Assembly: GCA_043228905.1 (NCBI GenBank)
Contig: JBHGNT010000005.1
Location: 14,632,001-14,696,000, forward strand
DNA from: Azolla caroliniana
Taxonomy: Eukaryota > Plantae > Polypodiophyta
Reading direction: 5' to 3'
Length of the DNA stretch: 64,000 nucleotides
The position numbers and the translations under genes are program-made. The notes under the pieces were generated by a model that was not told where the DNA came from, did not search any database, and saw only the letters and a list, made by a program, of their open reading frames with translations. This document shows positions 63,906 through 64,000 of the stretch, piece after piece. Every line of letters begins with the position of its first letter. Positions within the stretch are counted from its first letter, which is position 1.

Positions 63906-64000
63906 CTGTGGCATGGGATGACGTCCTGGAAGCTGAAAAGTAAGCAATTCTTGAAATAGGCAACCATAATAAAATTGATTGGATACTGCGGTTCCTCCAT
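63906..64000 (-). CDS. MMT1: Methionine S-methyltransferase, upstream exon (continues beyond the window)
   Basis: QFYYGCLFQELLTFQLPGRHPMPQ, then donor CAG|GTATTA; 82-bp intron 63824..63905. Confidence 0.85.

Overview
Eukaryotic, plant-type DNA; the element mix suggests a seed-free land plant, but that is inference. About 1-59,800 is a deeply nested stack of retrotransposons that can be largely reconstructed from LTR pairs, primer binding sites (PBS), polypurine tracts (PPT) and target-site duplications (TSD). Nesting reaches five levels: Copia D > Copia C > Copia B > Copia A1 > (a deleted Gypsy with an extra ORF; a gag-only element). B also hosts a chromovirus, Copia A2 and a solo LTR. A young Copia E2 sits inside its sister E1, and an older A-type Copia carries an RTEX-like LINE and Copia E3, which itself holds a 4-bp-TSD solo LTR. 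The last three coding exons of a methionine S-methyltransferase (MMT) gene lie on the minus strand at 62,289-64,000. Main observations: (1) two unrelated LTR elements have one exact end, a 5' LTR trimmed by 3-4 nt and giant flanking duplications (442 bp and 169 bp) instead of a 5-bp TSD, and a third insertion may have made a target deletion; (2) a very young pol-less, tRNA-Trp-primed, 4-bp-TSD element encodes an intact gag fusion with acidic, basic and Trp-rich modules; (3) tRNA-like A-box/B-box modules recur in three different LTR elements; (4) a Copia family has a ~180-aa in-frame tail after RNase H. Coordinates and mismatch counts were read by eye.
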